The notes under the pieces were generated by a model. The model was not told the origin of the DNA, searched no databases, and saw only the letters and a list, made by a program, of their open reading frames with translations. A program made the translations under genes and the position numbers. Positions 12,110-24,897 of a stretch of DNA of 64,000 bases are shown here, in pieces (position 1 is the stretch's first letter; every line of letters begins with the position of its first letter). The stretch is from Chiloscyllium plagiosum (lineage: Eukaryota). The stretch is from NCBI RefSeq assembly GCF_004010195.1, contig NC_057718.1, forward strand, positions 74,655,403 to 74,719,402. Reading direction: 5' to 3'.

Positions 12110-13375
12110 CCAAATTCATTGAATTTTTCGAAGACGTAAACAGCCGTGTAGATGATGGCAAGGAATTTGATGCACTCTATTCGACTTCAGCAATGCTTTC
12201 GTTAAGAACTTACATGGGAGAGCGATAGCAAAGGTAAAAGCCCACTGATCCTAGGAAATTTGACTCATTAGATCTAGAATTGTCTGAATGGCAAGAGGCA
12301 GAGGGTGATAGCTGAAGGGTGTTTTTCAACAAGGTCCTCCATGGTAGACTGGTTAGTAAGGTTAGATAATATGGGATCCAGGGAGAGATAACAAATTGGA
12401 TACAAAATTGGTGGTAGAAGAGAGAGGGTGGTAGTAGAAGGAGAGCTGTAACTGGCGGTGCACCACAAAGTTCAGTTCTGGATCCACTTTTGTCATTTAT
12501 ATCAACAATTTGGATGAGCGTACAGGAGGTATGGTTAGTAAGTTTGTGATGATCAAAATTAGTGGTATAATGGTATAAAGGTATCGAAGAGTACAAGATT
12601 TTGATCAGATGAGCCAATGGGCCAAGAAGTGGAAGATAGAGTTTAATTTAGGTAAATGTAAGGTGTTGTATTTTGGTAAGGCAAACCAGGGCAGGACTGA
12701 CATAGTTAATGATAGGGTCCTGAAGAGTGTTGTTGAACAGAAGGACCGAAGGGTGCAGGTACACAGTTCCTTAAAAGTAAAGGAGGCATTTGGCATACTA
12801 GTCTTTATTGGTCAAAGCACTGAATGTAGGAGTTGGCCACAATGTTGTGGCTGTATAAGACATCAGTGCAGATACTTGTAGAATAATGCATACAATTCTG
12901 GCAGTCGTGCCATAGGAAGGATATTGTTACACTAGAGAGGGAGCAGAAAAAATTTACAAGGACATTGCTGGGACTGGAGTGTTTGAGTTACAGGGAGAGA
13001 CTGGGACATTTTTCCCTGGAGTTTCTTATAGAGGCTTATAAAATCATGAATAGCTAAGGTCTTTTTCCAACGGTTAAGAAGTCCAAAATTAAAGGGCATA
13101 GGCTTAAGGTGAGAGGGAAAATATTTAAAAAGGACCTGTGGGGCAATGTTTTCACACAGATAATGGTGCATATATGGAATGTGCTGCCAGAGGAAGTGGT
13201 ACAGGTGGAAATAAATACAACATCTAAAAGACAAGTGGACCAGATACATGAATAGGAAAGGTTGAGGAATATGGACCAAATGCAGCCGAATGAGACCAGG
13301 GGTTCAGTTTGGGATACCTGGTCAGCATGGATGAGTTGGACTGATGAGTCTGTTTCCATGCTGTATGACTCTGAT
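12110..13375 (+). mobile_element. CR1 LINE fragments (RT to 3' tail), at least two pieces
   Basis: QWAKKWKIEFNLGKCKVLYFGKAN; 3' end ctgtttccatgctgtatgactctg. Confidence 0.88.
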
Positions 13376-14153
13376 TCTAAATCTGATTTTGAGTCCTTTA
13401 ATCAATGTGTTGAGTTATCCAATAGCGTTGTTGCAAGATCGGTGTGGAGTTGGTGGGTTAAATGGTTGCCTCAACACTTGTAGTGATTTTATGACAGAGG
13501 GTATGGGTTGAAGAGGCTGAAGCATGCTGGCAGGTAGGAGAATGGGAAGAGAGAAAGAGATAAAATGTTATGCAGAGGTTAGACCCCTCAGGAGCCACTA
13601 ATGGAACACGTATGGTGAAGCCAGTTGGTTGGGAAGCTAAAGTCTCACAGGCAGGCACAATAATGGCAATGGGATAGAGAGGAAGCTGAAGTTTAAAATA
13701 AAACAGATCAGTTGAAGCACTAGGTTGGCTAACTTTTAAGCAAGACACTTCCCTTTGAACCCAGATCCCTTTGTTATCCAGTCCCAGAGGGTAGCCAGGA
13801 CTCCCTAAAGGCAGCCAGAGAGATTACAGCAATAACAAGGGGTATATTGAAATAACAAACACCCACAGGAGTAGTATCTATGGAAAAGCAACTTTTTTCC
13901 AAAAAAAATTTAGAATTAAGGAGAACCCATTAGTTTCTGGGTTTTTTGGACTCTATGAGCCAAATGGCCTTACTTCCATTCCTATTTCTTACGGATTTAT
14001 GGTCTAATAATCTCTTAATCCCTCATCAGTCAGGGCTGCAAATACCTCACTAGCTCTGCCTACCATCTTAGTCTGAAGTAGCATTACCCATTAGTTCTGG
14101 ATCAGTGGTGCTGGAAGAGCACAGCAATTCAGGCAGCATCCAACGAGCAGCAA

Positions 14154-14189
14154 AATCGACGTTTCGGGCAAAAGCCCTTCATCAGGAAT
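14154..14189 (-). ncRNA. Minimal type I hammerhead ribozyme motif of a Penelope-like element
   Basis: Minus strand reads AUUC-CUGAUGA-A-GGGC(UUUU)GCCC-GAAA-CG-UC/GAUU: intact core, 4-bp helix II, weak helix I. Confidence 0.7.
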
Positions 14190-14269
14190 AAAGGCAGAGA
14201 GCCTGAAGTGTGGAGAGATAAGCTAGAGGAGGGGGGGGGTGGGGAGAAAGTAGCATAGAGTACAATAGG

Positions 14270-14509
14270 NNNNNNNNNNNNNNNNNNNNNNNNNNNNNNN
14301 NNNNNNNNNNNNNNNNNNNNNNNNNNNNNNNNNNNNNNNNNNNNNNNNNNNNNNNNNNNNNNNNNNNNNNNNNNNNNNNNNNNNNNNNNNNNNNNNNNNN
14401 NNNNNNNNNNNNNNNNNNNNNNNNNNNNNNNNNNNNNNNNNNNNNNNNNNNNNNNNNNNNNNNNNNNNNNNNNNNNNNNNNNNNNNNNNNNNNNNNNNNN
14501 NNNNNNNNN
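14270..14509. other. Assembly gap
   Basis: Run of N. Confidence 1.
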
Positions 14510-15372
14510 GGATGCTGCCTGAATTGCTGTGCTCTTCCAGCACCACTTATCTGGATCCAGAATCTGGTTTCCAGCATCTGCAGTCATTATTTTTACCAAC
14601 CAAAATGTCCATCCACGCTAACTGCATTTCCTTGCACTTGGCCCATATTCTTCTAAACCTTTCATAACCACCTGTTTGTCCAAATGTCTTTAAAATGTTG
14701 TTAATGTACCCACCTCAACCACTTCTGCTGGCACCTCATTCTATATGCATATCACCTTCTGTGTAAAAACACTGTCCCTCAGTTCCCTTTTATTTTTTCC
14801 CCTGATGCCCTCTCGTCCTCGATTCCCCAACCAGGGAAAAAGCCTGAAAGCATTCATCCTATCCATACCTCTCACGATCTTATAGAAGTGTATAAGATCA
14901 CCCTCAGTCTCCTACACGCTAAAGAGAAAGATCCTCACTTGTCCAACCACTCCATACAACTCATACCCTTGAGTCCTGGCAACATACTTGCAAATTTCTT
15001 CTGCACTCCTTCCAGTTTCATAAATTCTTTCCTAAAGCAAGGTGACCAAAACTGAACACAATACTCCAAGTATGGCCTCACTGACATGCTGTACAACTGC
15101 AACATAACTTCCCAACTTCTATAGTCAGTGAATCCATTTCCAAAGAACCGTGCACCTGAACTCCAAGGTCCCTCTGTTCCACTATACTCCTTAAGGCTCT
15201 ACCATTCACCATGAAACTCCCACCTTGAATTGACTTTCCAAAATGCAAGACCTCACACTTATCTGTATTAAACTCCACTTGCCATTTCTCAGCCCACTTC
15301 TCTAGCTGATCAAGCCCCTGCTGAAATTTCTGCAAACCTTCCTCACTGTCCACGATACTGCCTATTTTAGTT

Positions 15373-15673
15373 CGATTAGATTAGATTAGATTCCCTACAG
15401 TGTGGAAACAGGCCCTTCGGCTCAACAAGTCCACAACGATCCTCCAAAGAATAACCCACCCAGACCTATTCCCCACTGACTAATGTACCTAATACTATGG
15501 GCTATTTAGCATGGCCAATTCACCTGACTTGCACATCTTTGTGACTGAGGGAGGAAACCCATGGGGAGAATGGGTGCAAACTCCACACAGACAGTCACCT
15601 GAGGCTGGAATCAAACCCGGGTCCCTGGCGCTGTGAGGCAGCAGTGCTAATCACTGAGCCACCATGCCGCCCA
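15373..15673 (-). mobile_element. HE1-type V-SINE nested in CR1
   Basis: (gatta)n tail at the left; antisense tRNA-like head ...gcagcagtgctaatcactgagccaccatgccgcc at the right. Confidence 0.9.
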
Positions 15674-15677
15674 TAGT

Positions 15678-15769
15678 TAAAACTCACACGACACTAGGTT
15701 ATAGTCCAACAGGTGTTGTGTGATTTTTAACTTTGTCCACCCAAGTCCAACACCGGCCCCTACACATCA
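15678..15769. mobile_element. Miniature Penelope-derived inverted-terminus insertion
   Basis: Arms ttaaaactcacacgacac / gtgttgtgtgatttttaa plus a tail of about 39 nt; same family as 61365-61445 and 62314-62615. Confidence 0.6.
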
Positions 15770-16248
15770 GGCCTAATTTGTGTCACCTGCAAAATTACTA
15801 ATCATGCCTTGTACATTCTCATCCGAATCATTGATATAGATAACAAACAGTAATGGGCCTAGCACCAACCCCTGAGGCATTCCACGAGTCACAGGACTCC
15901 AGTCCGATAACCATTCTTCTACTATTACCCTCTGCTTCCTACCATCAAGCCAATTGCGTATTCAATTTGTCAGCTCCATCTGGATTCAACGTGACCTAAT
16001 CTTCCAGAGCAGCCTACCATGTGGAACCTTATCAAAGGCCTTACTGGAATCCATATGTTTACCACCCTGCCCTTATCAACCTTCCTTGTCACTTCATCAA
16101 AGAACTCTAACAAATATGTGAGGCATGATCTCCCACTCACAAAGCCATGCTGACTATTCCTAATCAAACCCTGTCTTTCCAAATACATATATATCTTATC
16201 TCTCAGAATCTTACCTACCACAGATGTTAAGCTTACTGGTCTACAGTT

Positions 16249-16862
16249 TGTGATGAAGCTGCTCCTTTATGCTATCCTTGGCTTTTTTTTTCCCCAGAGA
16301 AATTGTAAACAACACAGATTCCAAAAAGTCTGGAGGTGAAGGGATTTAGGGCCAATTTGATAACAGAGGCTGCCTCAGGTAAAAGGCTTTCAAGTTAAAA
16401 AAAAAGCTTGCACAATGAATGTGGTGTGGCCAGTTTCCCCAGCCCACCTTGTCTCTTGGTTTTTCGTAGAAGGGTGGAAAAAGCTGCTGGACGCAAAGAG
16501 GCAGATCCAGGATGGTAGTCTCTCTCTCTCTGACTTCTATCATGTAAGAACCTGGGTTTGATTTTACCTTTTGTGCCAAAGGGTGTTTATGGGGAGTGTT
16601 ACAAGTATTTGGAATAGCATCACTAAGTGGGGATGATCTGTTGGGTCTTCTGAGAGGTTAAGTTATTTGGTATTCTGTTTTCTTTTGTTTGTGTTTCATT
16701 CAGTAATCTTGCAAATAAATTCTGTTTTGTTTAAACTAAGTGGTTTGACCAGCTGATTCTCTCCTGGAATATCCACTGTAAACCTGCTTAAAACAATTAG
16801 CAAAGTTAGTGTCCGGGCTACTTCTTGAAATGTTTTGAGAGGGTCTGGCCTGGTCCATAACA
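16249..16862 (+). repeat. Gypsy 5' LTR
   Basis: tgtgatgaagctgctcc ... ggtccataaca; direct repeat of 21634-22197. Confidence 0.9.
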
Positions 16863-16865
16863 GAC

Positions 16866-16884
16866 TGGGGGCTCTTTGCGGGAT
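16866..16884 (+). promoter_or_regulatory. Primer-binding site, tRNA-Pro-like (degenerate)
   Basis: tgggggctctttgcgggat versus the tRNA-Pro complement TGGGGGCTCGTCCGGGAT, 3 nt after the LTR. Confidence 0.65.
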
Positions 16885-17004
16885 TTGTTCCATAGTTCCG
16901 ATTTGGGATTAGAGTTCTTGGACTCAAAGGCAGCTAGTGATAAGTGTTAGCGTCTGTTGATCCAGTTGTTGAATTTGGTTGTTTTAAGCAGTGCTTGGGA
17001 TAAT

Positions 17005-18050
17005 AATGGCTCTTTAAGTCACCAAGAGATTTCTGGGGGGTGGAAAAAGTGACCTTGGGGGTTTTGCAAAAGGTGATTAAGGCCAAGCTGCTGGAATTGG
17101 AAGACAAGGTGGAGTTGGAGCTGTCTCTTTCCATGGGGAAAGTAGCGATAATTCCAGCAATAGCTTAGCATTTGGATTTGCTGGAAATGCCATCAGAATC
17201 TTTAGAGATACCTAAGACTCAATTGAAAATGAAGCAGCTTGAGTTAGAGGCAAAAGACAAGGAAAGAGAAACTGAAATGAAACAGTTTGAATTATGATTA
17301 AAAGCAGAATAGAGAGAAAAGGAAAGAGAGATAAAAGAAGAGAGAGGAAAGGAAGAAAGGGAGGGAATTTGAATTTCAGAAATTGGTACTGTGACAGGAA
17401 AGTCAGTTTAAAAGGAGGGAGATGAATGCTGAAGGTAAGTTTCATGAGGAAGAGAGTGAGGATAAGTAATATATTCACGCATTGCTTAAATGTGGTGAGA
17501 AGGGTGTGGAAGCCTTTTTCATCTCATTTGAAAAGTGGCTAAATAAATGTGGTAGACAGTGACCATGTGGGTTTTGTTGATCCAAACAAAACTTGTAGGT
17601 AGAGCGAGTGAGGTATTCGCATCACTATCAGAGGAGATATCTGGGGAGTATGCGGAGGTGAAAAATGCCATTTTAAGTGCAAATGAGTTTGGGCTAGAAG
17701 CACCAGGAATGTAAGGAGGGACCCTGGTCAAGCCGACATTGAGTTTGAAAGGATCAAAGTAATTTTGATAGGTGGATTAGGGCATTAAAAATAGAGCAAA
17801 CCTACGACGCTCTTAGAGAGACAATTATTTTGGAGGAGATCAAAAATTGACTTCCTGAGGTATGAGAACTTATGTGGAAGAGCAGAGAGTTAAAATTGCC
17901 AGATTAGCAGCTGAAATAGCTAATGATCATGAATTGGTCCATAAAGCAAAGTTTGACTTCCAGAATCAATTTTAATCTATGAGGGATAGAAATTGGGGAA
18001 AACACTGCAATAAATAGGCTGCATGAAATCACAGTGTTGGTGGGTTAGGA
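17005..18050 (+). pseudogene. gag: Gypsy gag remnant with coiled-coil and SCAN-like capsid C-terminal region
   Basis: EAFFISFEK, VLLIQTKLVGRASEVF and FDRWIRALKIEQTYDALRETIILEEIKN fragments; frameshifted. Confidence 0.7.
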
Positions 18051-18489
18051 AAAGCACTGGGAAGCCAGATGTAGGAAAATAGGATAAGCCAGGGAATTTT
18101 GTAGGAGTGGTATCAGAGAGCACATTGGAGGCTAGAAAGCTGCACCAGAATGTACAAGTTGGTCGGAGATTGGTAAAGGAGGAAGTGCCAGATCTTCTTA
18201 AACCATATACTAGCGAAGGTAAAGTTTATTTATATAGGTCAGAAGCAGCAGATAAAGCAGTTACAATATTAAGAGACGCAGGATCCGATCCTCTCAATCT
18301 GTGATGCTGAAAGATGAGGAGATATGTACTTCTAAAGGACTATTGCCAGAAAAGGTACTAGTAACTGGAATTCACTGTGAGACAAGAAGTGCTCAATTAT
18401 GTAAGGTGAGGTAGGAGTGTCCAGTGAAAAATGATATCTTAATGAGGAAATGAAGACCATCACATATTCAGGCAGATTAGAAACAGGCA

Positions 18490-19490
18490 GAGGTTCACCA
18501 AATCATTTTGCCAGTAGGTTATAGAAAGGAGGTGTTGCGAGTGGTGTGTGGCACATTTAGGAGGGAGGAAAACACAAATTAAAATACAAAAACATTTTTA
18601 CTGGCACAAGGATGTAGCTGAATTTTGCCAGATATGTCATACATGTCAGGTTATTGGAAAACCATTGGCAGTAATAAAACCCTCAACTTTAATACTTACT
18701 CCTACATTTGAGGAACCTTTTACAAGAGTCTTAATTGTTTGTGTAGGTCCCCTACCCCAAACAAAAAGTGGGAATCAGTATTTGTAAACAACTAAAAGGA
18801 TTGTAGAGGAATTACTCAAATTTTTCAATGGATCTCTGTGGATAGTCCATATCTAATCAGATCAAGGGTCAAATTTTACATCAAAATTATTCGAAGAGGT
18901 TATGGACAGCTAGGAATAAAATAATTCAAATCTACTGTGTACCATCCAGAATTACAGTGAGCGCTAGAAAGGTGGCATCAGACATTAAAGACCATGTTGA
19001 GGGCTTTATAGTCAAGTCTATCCAGATGATTGGGATAAGGGAATTTCATTTGTGCTTTCTGTGATCAGAAATGGACCAAATGAATCGACCAAGTTCAAGC
19101 CATTTGAATTAGTTTTTGGGCATGAAGTGAGAGGACCATTAAAATTGATTAAGGAGAAATTGATAAGTCAGAATTCAGAGACCACGTATTTGGACTAAAT
19201 GTCAAATACTCAGGAGTGATTAAATAGAGCTGGGGTGTTGGCAAAACAGCATTTAAAAGTATCACAGCATACAATGAAACAGGAAGTAGACAAGAAATCA
19301 AAAATTCACAATTTTCTTATAGGAGATAAGGTATTAGTGTTACTTCCAGTGGTGGGTGAACCTTTAAAAGCAAATTTTAGTGGACCTTATCAAGTTGAAA
19401 GGAAATTTATTGAGATGAACTACTTCATAGGGACTCCAGACTGAAATAAATCTCAGAGTGTGTCATGTTAATATGCTCAAAAGGTATAGG
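18490..19490 (+). pseudogene. Gypsy integrase remnant
   Basis: HLGGRKT..KHFYW..FCQICHTCQ (H2C2), FTRVLIVCVGPLP, SDQGSNFTS, YHPE, PFELVFGHEVRGP, GDKVLVLLP...FSGPY. Confidence 0.9.
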
Positions 19491-19719
19491 GACAGGGAAG
19501 GAAAGCAAAAGGAGAATGTGTTATTGATTACAACACAAAGGGAAGAAACTAAATTCAGAAGATTCTGAATTGGACATGCCTCAAATTAAATTGGGCAATG
19601 CGGAAGTTGTCAAAAATTGCGATACGTTATTGAGTTACCTTCCAGAGAAAAATTGAAATGACCTGAAAGAGTTCTTACCATCACATGGGGAGATAACTGG
19701 AAATAAGCTGGGAAGTACT

Positions 19720-21460
19720 AACCTAATTATGCATGATGTAGATATAGAACATGCTGTTCTGATTAAGCAACATCCTTATAGGCATAACCTTCTAAAGTTG
19801 GCACGGTTCAAAAGGAGATTGAACGCATGCTCCAAGACGACACAATCGAAGTGAGTTACAGTGACTGGCGCTCACCCATAGTAATGGTGCCCAGTGATTA
19901 TGTGTGGACTATCACAAAGTCAATGCAGTTACAAAGACTGATGCATATCTGATTTGGAAGACTGTGTTGAGAAAGTGGGACAAGCAACTTATATTTCTAA
20001 GTTGGACTTGCTCAGAGGATACTGGCAGGTACCTTTGTCAGAAAGAGCAAACGCCACTGTGGCTTTCATAACACTGAATGGACTGTATTAGTTGAAAATC
20101 TTGCCATTTGGCATGAAAAATGCACCAGCCACATTTCAGATACCAACCAATAAGTTCATTGGCGGACTACCCAACTATGTCATTTATAGCGATGATCTGG
20201 TGATTTTTAGTCACATATGGAAGGAACATTTACATTTGTCAGAATTGTTTGATCGACTTTGGAAGGCAGGTTTGGTGATAAATCGGACTAAAAGTGAATT
20301 TGCCAAAGCCCAAGTCAACTTCCTGAGCCATGTTATTCGACACGGACAAATTGCTCCACGAGATTTAAAAACAAAGGTAATTGGGGAGTTTCCCATACCA
20401 TGAACAAAAAGCGGAGTACTACGGTTCCTGGGATTGAATGGACTTATTGAAAATTCGTACCAATCTTTCACAGTGTGGCTGCTCCACTCATGGAATTGCT
20501 AAAGAAAGGCAAGAAGTTTCAGTGAACAGCGGACTGTCAGAAGGTATTTGACAGCCTGAAAGCTGTGTTAACCACTGCTCCAGTATTAGCCACACCTAAT
20601 TACAGAAAGCCAATCAAGCGGCTCTTGATGCAAGCGATGTGGGTATTGATGCTGTGCTCTTGCAAGACGACGAGAAGATAGAAAGACCTTTCGGATATTC
20701 TCCAGGAAGTTGAACATTCAACAGCAGAAATATTCAACGGTTCAGAAGGAGACTTTGAACTTGGTGTTGGCATTACAATATTTCAGTGTTGATGTTATTA
20801 CAATATTTCAGTGTTTATGTTACCAGTAACATATCTGAGACAATATCCAGAAATGCGTTGTTAGAGGAGGTGGTAGAAACAAATACAATAGCAAAGGTTA
20901 AGAGGCATTTGGACAGAAACATGAGAAAGGTGGCACAGTGGCTCAGGGTGACATGTGATTCAGTGGTTAGCACTGCTGCCTCACAGCACCAGGGACCCAG
21001 GTTCAATTCCAGCCTCGGGTAACTGTCTGTATGGAGTTTGCACATTCTCCCCGTGTCTGCGTGGGTTTCCTCTGGGTGCTCCAGTTTCCTCCACAGTCCA
21101 AAGCTGTGCAGGTTAGGTGAATTGGCCATGCTAAATTGCCCATAAGTGTTCAATGATGTGTGGATTAGATACATTAGTCAGGGGAAATGAAGAGTAATAG
21201 AGTAGGAGATGGGTGTGGATGGGTTACTCTACGGAGGGTTGGTGTGGACTTGTTGGGCCAAACGGCCTGTTTCCACATTGTAGGGATTCTATGAATCATA
21301 TACATTGATCATAACCAATTGAAGTTTGTAGAGAAATTTAAGGACAAAAATGCCAGACTGTTCAGATGGAGTTTGTTGTTGCAGCCATTAAGTTTGAAAA
21401 TTGTGCATGTGGCAGGACATGAAAATGTGATTGCTGATGCATTGTTGAGACTCGAATGAG
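19720..21460 (+). pseudogene. Gypsy reverse transcriptase and RNase H remnant, interrupted at about 20848-21297
   Basis: IKQHPYR, KLDLLRGYWQV, PFGMKNAPATFQ, YSDDLVIF, DASDVG, RLFRWSLLLQ, ENVIADAL. Confidence 0.9.
20848..21297 (+). mobile_element. Short CR1 piece fused to an HE1-type SINE, inserted in the Gypsy RNase H
   Basis: gaggaggtggtagaaacaaatacaata...aagaggcatttggacaga (CR1) joined directly to the SINE head ggtggcacagtgg; tail gattctatgaatc. Confidence 0.8.
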
Positions 21461-21633
21461 AAACGGAGGCGTTTGGTGGCAGGAGTACAACAGACTGAAA
21501 CGGAATGTAGTTGTGCATGTTTGCACGTTTGTAGTCAATGTGTGTTTTAGAGTATTAACAATTTAGATTTAAGGGGGTTTTAAAATGAAGCCATCTTTGG
21601 ATATTGATGATTCATTTTTTTTAAGGAAGCAAA

Positions 21634-22197
21634 TGTGACAAAGCTGCTCCTTTAACAAGGTTATGTTATCCTTGGCTTTTATCTCAGAGAGGTCATAAAC
21701 AACAGACTGTGAAAAGTCTGGAGGTTAAGAGTTTTAGGGCCAATTTGATAACAGGCAGGCAGAAGGCTTTCAAGTTTCAAAAAAACTTGTGCAATGAATG
21801 GGGACTATACAGTTCTCCCAGCTCACCTTTTCTAGTTGTGTGGAAAAAGCTGCTGGACCCAAAGAAGCAGGCCCAGGCTAGTATTCTCTCTCTGCCTTTT
21901 ATCCTGTAAGAACCTGTTCGATTTTACCTGTTGCGCCAAAGGGTATTTATTGGAATTGTTGCCAGTATTTGGAATAGCATCATTAGGTTGGGAAGATCTG
22001 TTGGGTTTTTGAAGAGGTTAAGTTATTCGGTATTCTGTTTTCTTTTGTTTGTGTTTCATTTAGTAATCTTGTTTTGTTTAAAACAGCTGATTCCCTCCTG
22101 GAATATCCACTTTAAACCTGCTTAAAACAACTAGCAAAGTTAGGGTCCGGGCTACTCTCTTGAAATGTTTTGAGGAGGTTCAGTCTGGTCCATAACA
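21634..22197 (+). repeat. Gypsy 3' LTR
   Basis: tgtgacaaagctgctcc ... ggtccataaca, preceded by a decayed purine tract. Confidence 0.9.
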
Positions 22198-22544
22198 AGA
22201 TCCTAGGTTTTTCTTTGCAGTCCTTCTTGAATAAGGGCACAACATTTGCTACATTCACAACATTCCAGTCTTGCGGGACCTTACCCCTGGCTAATGACGA
22301 CAGAAAGCTTAATATTAATTAGGTGAGTTGGACCATTAACAAGCATTGTTACAAGCTTTAATCCTGCCTATTAAAAATTCACCATTGCCTAACAAGACAC
22401 TTGCTTTGCTACTTCGCAAAAGCTTAGAAGTTGCACCGGGTTGATCCTGAAGTTGTGACAGGCCTTGCTGGATTTCTAGTCCAATTCTGCCACAAATCTT
22501 CTCATTGCCCATGTCGCTCATACCCATGTAAGATTTCACACAAC

Positions 22545-24620
22545 AGGTTTTAAGATGAAAATCAAAAGAACTGCAGATACTGTAAATCAGAAACAAAAAC
22601 AGAAGTTGCTGGAATAGCTCAGCAAGTCTAGCAGCATCTATTAAGAGAAATCAGAGTTAACGTTTTGGGTCCGGTGACCCTTCCTCAAAACTGGTAGCTA
22701 GGAAAATGTCGATTTATGTGCAGAAGGTATGGTGGGGGAGGGGTAAGGAGTAAACAATAGGTAGGGATGGAGCCCAAAGAGAGAGAAGAACAGTTGAACA
22801 GACAAAGAAGTGGATAACGATCTGCCTCGGAGAGTGAATAGCTGTTAATGGAGACTATTTGTGGCTAACAGTGTGTCATGGCAAATTGTGGGATAACAAT
22901 GGGGTGGGGTTGGGGGTGAGGACATCAGAGAGTTTAGACCCTAAAATATTGAACTCAAAATTGAGTCTGGAGGGCTGCAGAGTCTCTAAGTGGAAAATGA
23001 GGTGTTCTTCTAGCTTGCACTGAACTTCGCGAGAGCACTGCAGCAGGCTTGGGACAGAGGTGTTGGCCAGGGAACAGGGTACCGTGTTAAAGAGGCAGGT
23101 AACTGGAAGCTCAGGGTCTTCTTGCAGGCAGAACGTAGATGATCTGTAAAGCGGTCACCCAGTCTTTGCTTCATTTCCCCAACATAGAGGAGACCACATT
23201 GTGAGCAGCGAATGCAGGCTAGATTGTGTGAAGTCCAGGTAAAGTGCTGCTTTACCTGGAAGGTATGTTGGGTCCTTGGATACGGAGGAGGGAGGAGGTA
23301 AATGGGCAGGTGTTACAATTTTGGTGGTTGCAGGGAAAGGTACCATGGGGCTGTGGGGAGGTGTCTGGAGAAAGAAAGAGGGGACCAGGGTGTCACAGAG
23401 TGAACCGTCCCTGTGGAAGGTGGACAAGAGAGGGGAATATGTGTTTGGTGGTGGCATCTCACTGGAGGTAATGGTGGCTGATGATCTTCTGGATGTAGAT
23501 GCTGATGGGATGGTAGATAAAGACAATAGGAACCCTATTACTGTTGCAGGAGGGAAGAAAAGGGGTGAGGATGGAAGTGTGGGAGATGGGCCGGACTTGG
23601 TTGAGAGCCCTGTCAACAATGGTGCTGGGAATCCTCGGCTGAGGAAGACAGTGGACATTTCGGAGGCTCCCTTGTTGATGTTGACGTTATTGGAACATAT
23701 GTGATGGGGTCAGAGGAACTGGGAAAATGGAATGGAGTCTCTAAAGGAAGCAGGGTTGCAAGAATGTATGGTCTAGGTAGCTGTGGGAGTTGGTGGGTTT
23801 ATAGTGAATATTAGTGGTCAGTTAATCCACAGAAAAGGAAGCAGAGATGTCGAGGAAAGGAAGGGAGGAGTCAGAGATAGACCAGGTGAACGTGTGGGCA
23901 GGGTGGAAATTGGAAGCGAAATCGGTGAACTGTTCCAATTCCAAATGAGAGAGGAAAACAATACTGATGATATCATCAAAAAATCGCAGAAGTTGTGAGC
24001 GGGGCCAGGAATAGGACTGGAACAAGGAATGTTCCAAGTACCTCACAAGGAGTCAGGCATAATTGGGGCTCATGCAAGTACCCATGGCCACTCCTCTAAC
24101 CTAAAGACAATGAGACGAAGTAAAAGAGAAGTTGTTCGGGTGAAGACAAGCTTGACCAAGCAGAGGAGGATGGTGGTGGGTGGGGAAGGTTTAGGCCTTT
24201 GCTCCAGGAAGAGGCAGAAAGCCCTGAGACCATCCTGGTGGGAGACAGACATGTAAAGGGATCGGACATCCATGGTGAAGAGGAGGCGACTGTAGCCTGC
24301 AAACTGGAAATTCTGAAACTGGCATGAAGTGTCAGAGAAATTGTGGAAGTGGGTAGGGACTGGACCAGGGAGCAAAGATCAAATCAAGGAAGGAATAGAT
24401 GATTTCTGTGGGGCAAGAGCAACATGAAATGAAAGGTTTGCCTGGCAAGTCCTGTTTATGGATTTTTGGAAGGAGGTAGAAGCGAACTGCACAGGACTAG
24501 GAGGCAATGGGTGGGGAGATACCTAGATGAAATGAGGTCAGAGACCGTAGCTGATACTTTGGCTTGATGTTGCATGGTGGGGTCACAGTCCGGAGGAGAT
24601 AGGAGGAGGTATCAGAGGTA
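22545..24620 (-). mobile_element. Penelope-like element (RT plus GIY-YIG region), decayed
   Basis: LLFTMDVRSLYMSVSHQDGLRA, WSISDSSLPFLDI, MSTVFLSRGFP; terminal region with a decayed hammerhead motif near 22655-22690. Confidence 0.85.
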
Positions 24621-24729
24621 CCAGACATGATTCAGACCATCTCAATTTGAACCAGACTGTGACAACTGCTACCTATTATATGTAGGGTTACAGCATGACA
24701 GGTCAGGCAGCATCCGAGGAGCAGGAGAC

Positions 24730-24897
24730 CTCAGGTAGTAGATTCGCCAACTTTAAGTACATTTAAGTCGTCATTGGACAAGCATATGGACATACATGGA
24801 ATAGTGTAGGTTAGATGGGCTTCAGATTGGTATGACAGGTCGGTGCAACACTGAGGGCCGAAGGGCCTGTACTGCGCTGTAAAGTTCTATGTTCTAT
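24730..24897 (+). mobile_element. CR1 3' tip
   Basis: gagggccgaagggcctgtactgcgctgtaaagttctatgttctatg. Confidence 0.85.

Larger units (their letters stand above)
14095..14597. mobile_element. Penelope-like element with inverted termini, spanning an assembly gap
   Basis: Left arm (ttctggatcagtggtgctggaagagcacagc...) is the reverse complement of the right arm (...gctgtgctcttccagcaccact); the right arm carries an extra tail; hammerhead motif on the minus strand. Confidence 0.8.
14598..16248 (-). mobile_element. CR1 LINE ORF2 (RT) fragment; continues at about 22198-22305 beyond the Gypsy insertion
   Basis: LIRNSQHGFVSGRSCLTYLLEFFDEVT and LEKWAEKWQVEFNTDKCEVLHFG; the sequence reads through across the Gypsy TSD. 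Confidence 0.9.
16249..22197 (+). mobile_element. Gmr1-like Ty3/Gypsy LTR retrotransposon (gag, INT, RT, RH order), decayed
   Basis: Two TG...CA LTRs, TSD agtt/agat, tRNA-Pro-like PBS, integrase located upstream of RT. Confidence 0.9.

Noticed and set aside
10700-12110. LTR-like composition interrupted by CR1 and SINE pieces
   Set aside because: No matching second LTR, clear TG...CA ends or TSD could be established.
14129-14599. Long ORFs containing X runs
   Set aside because: Artefacts of the N gap.
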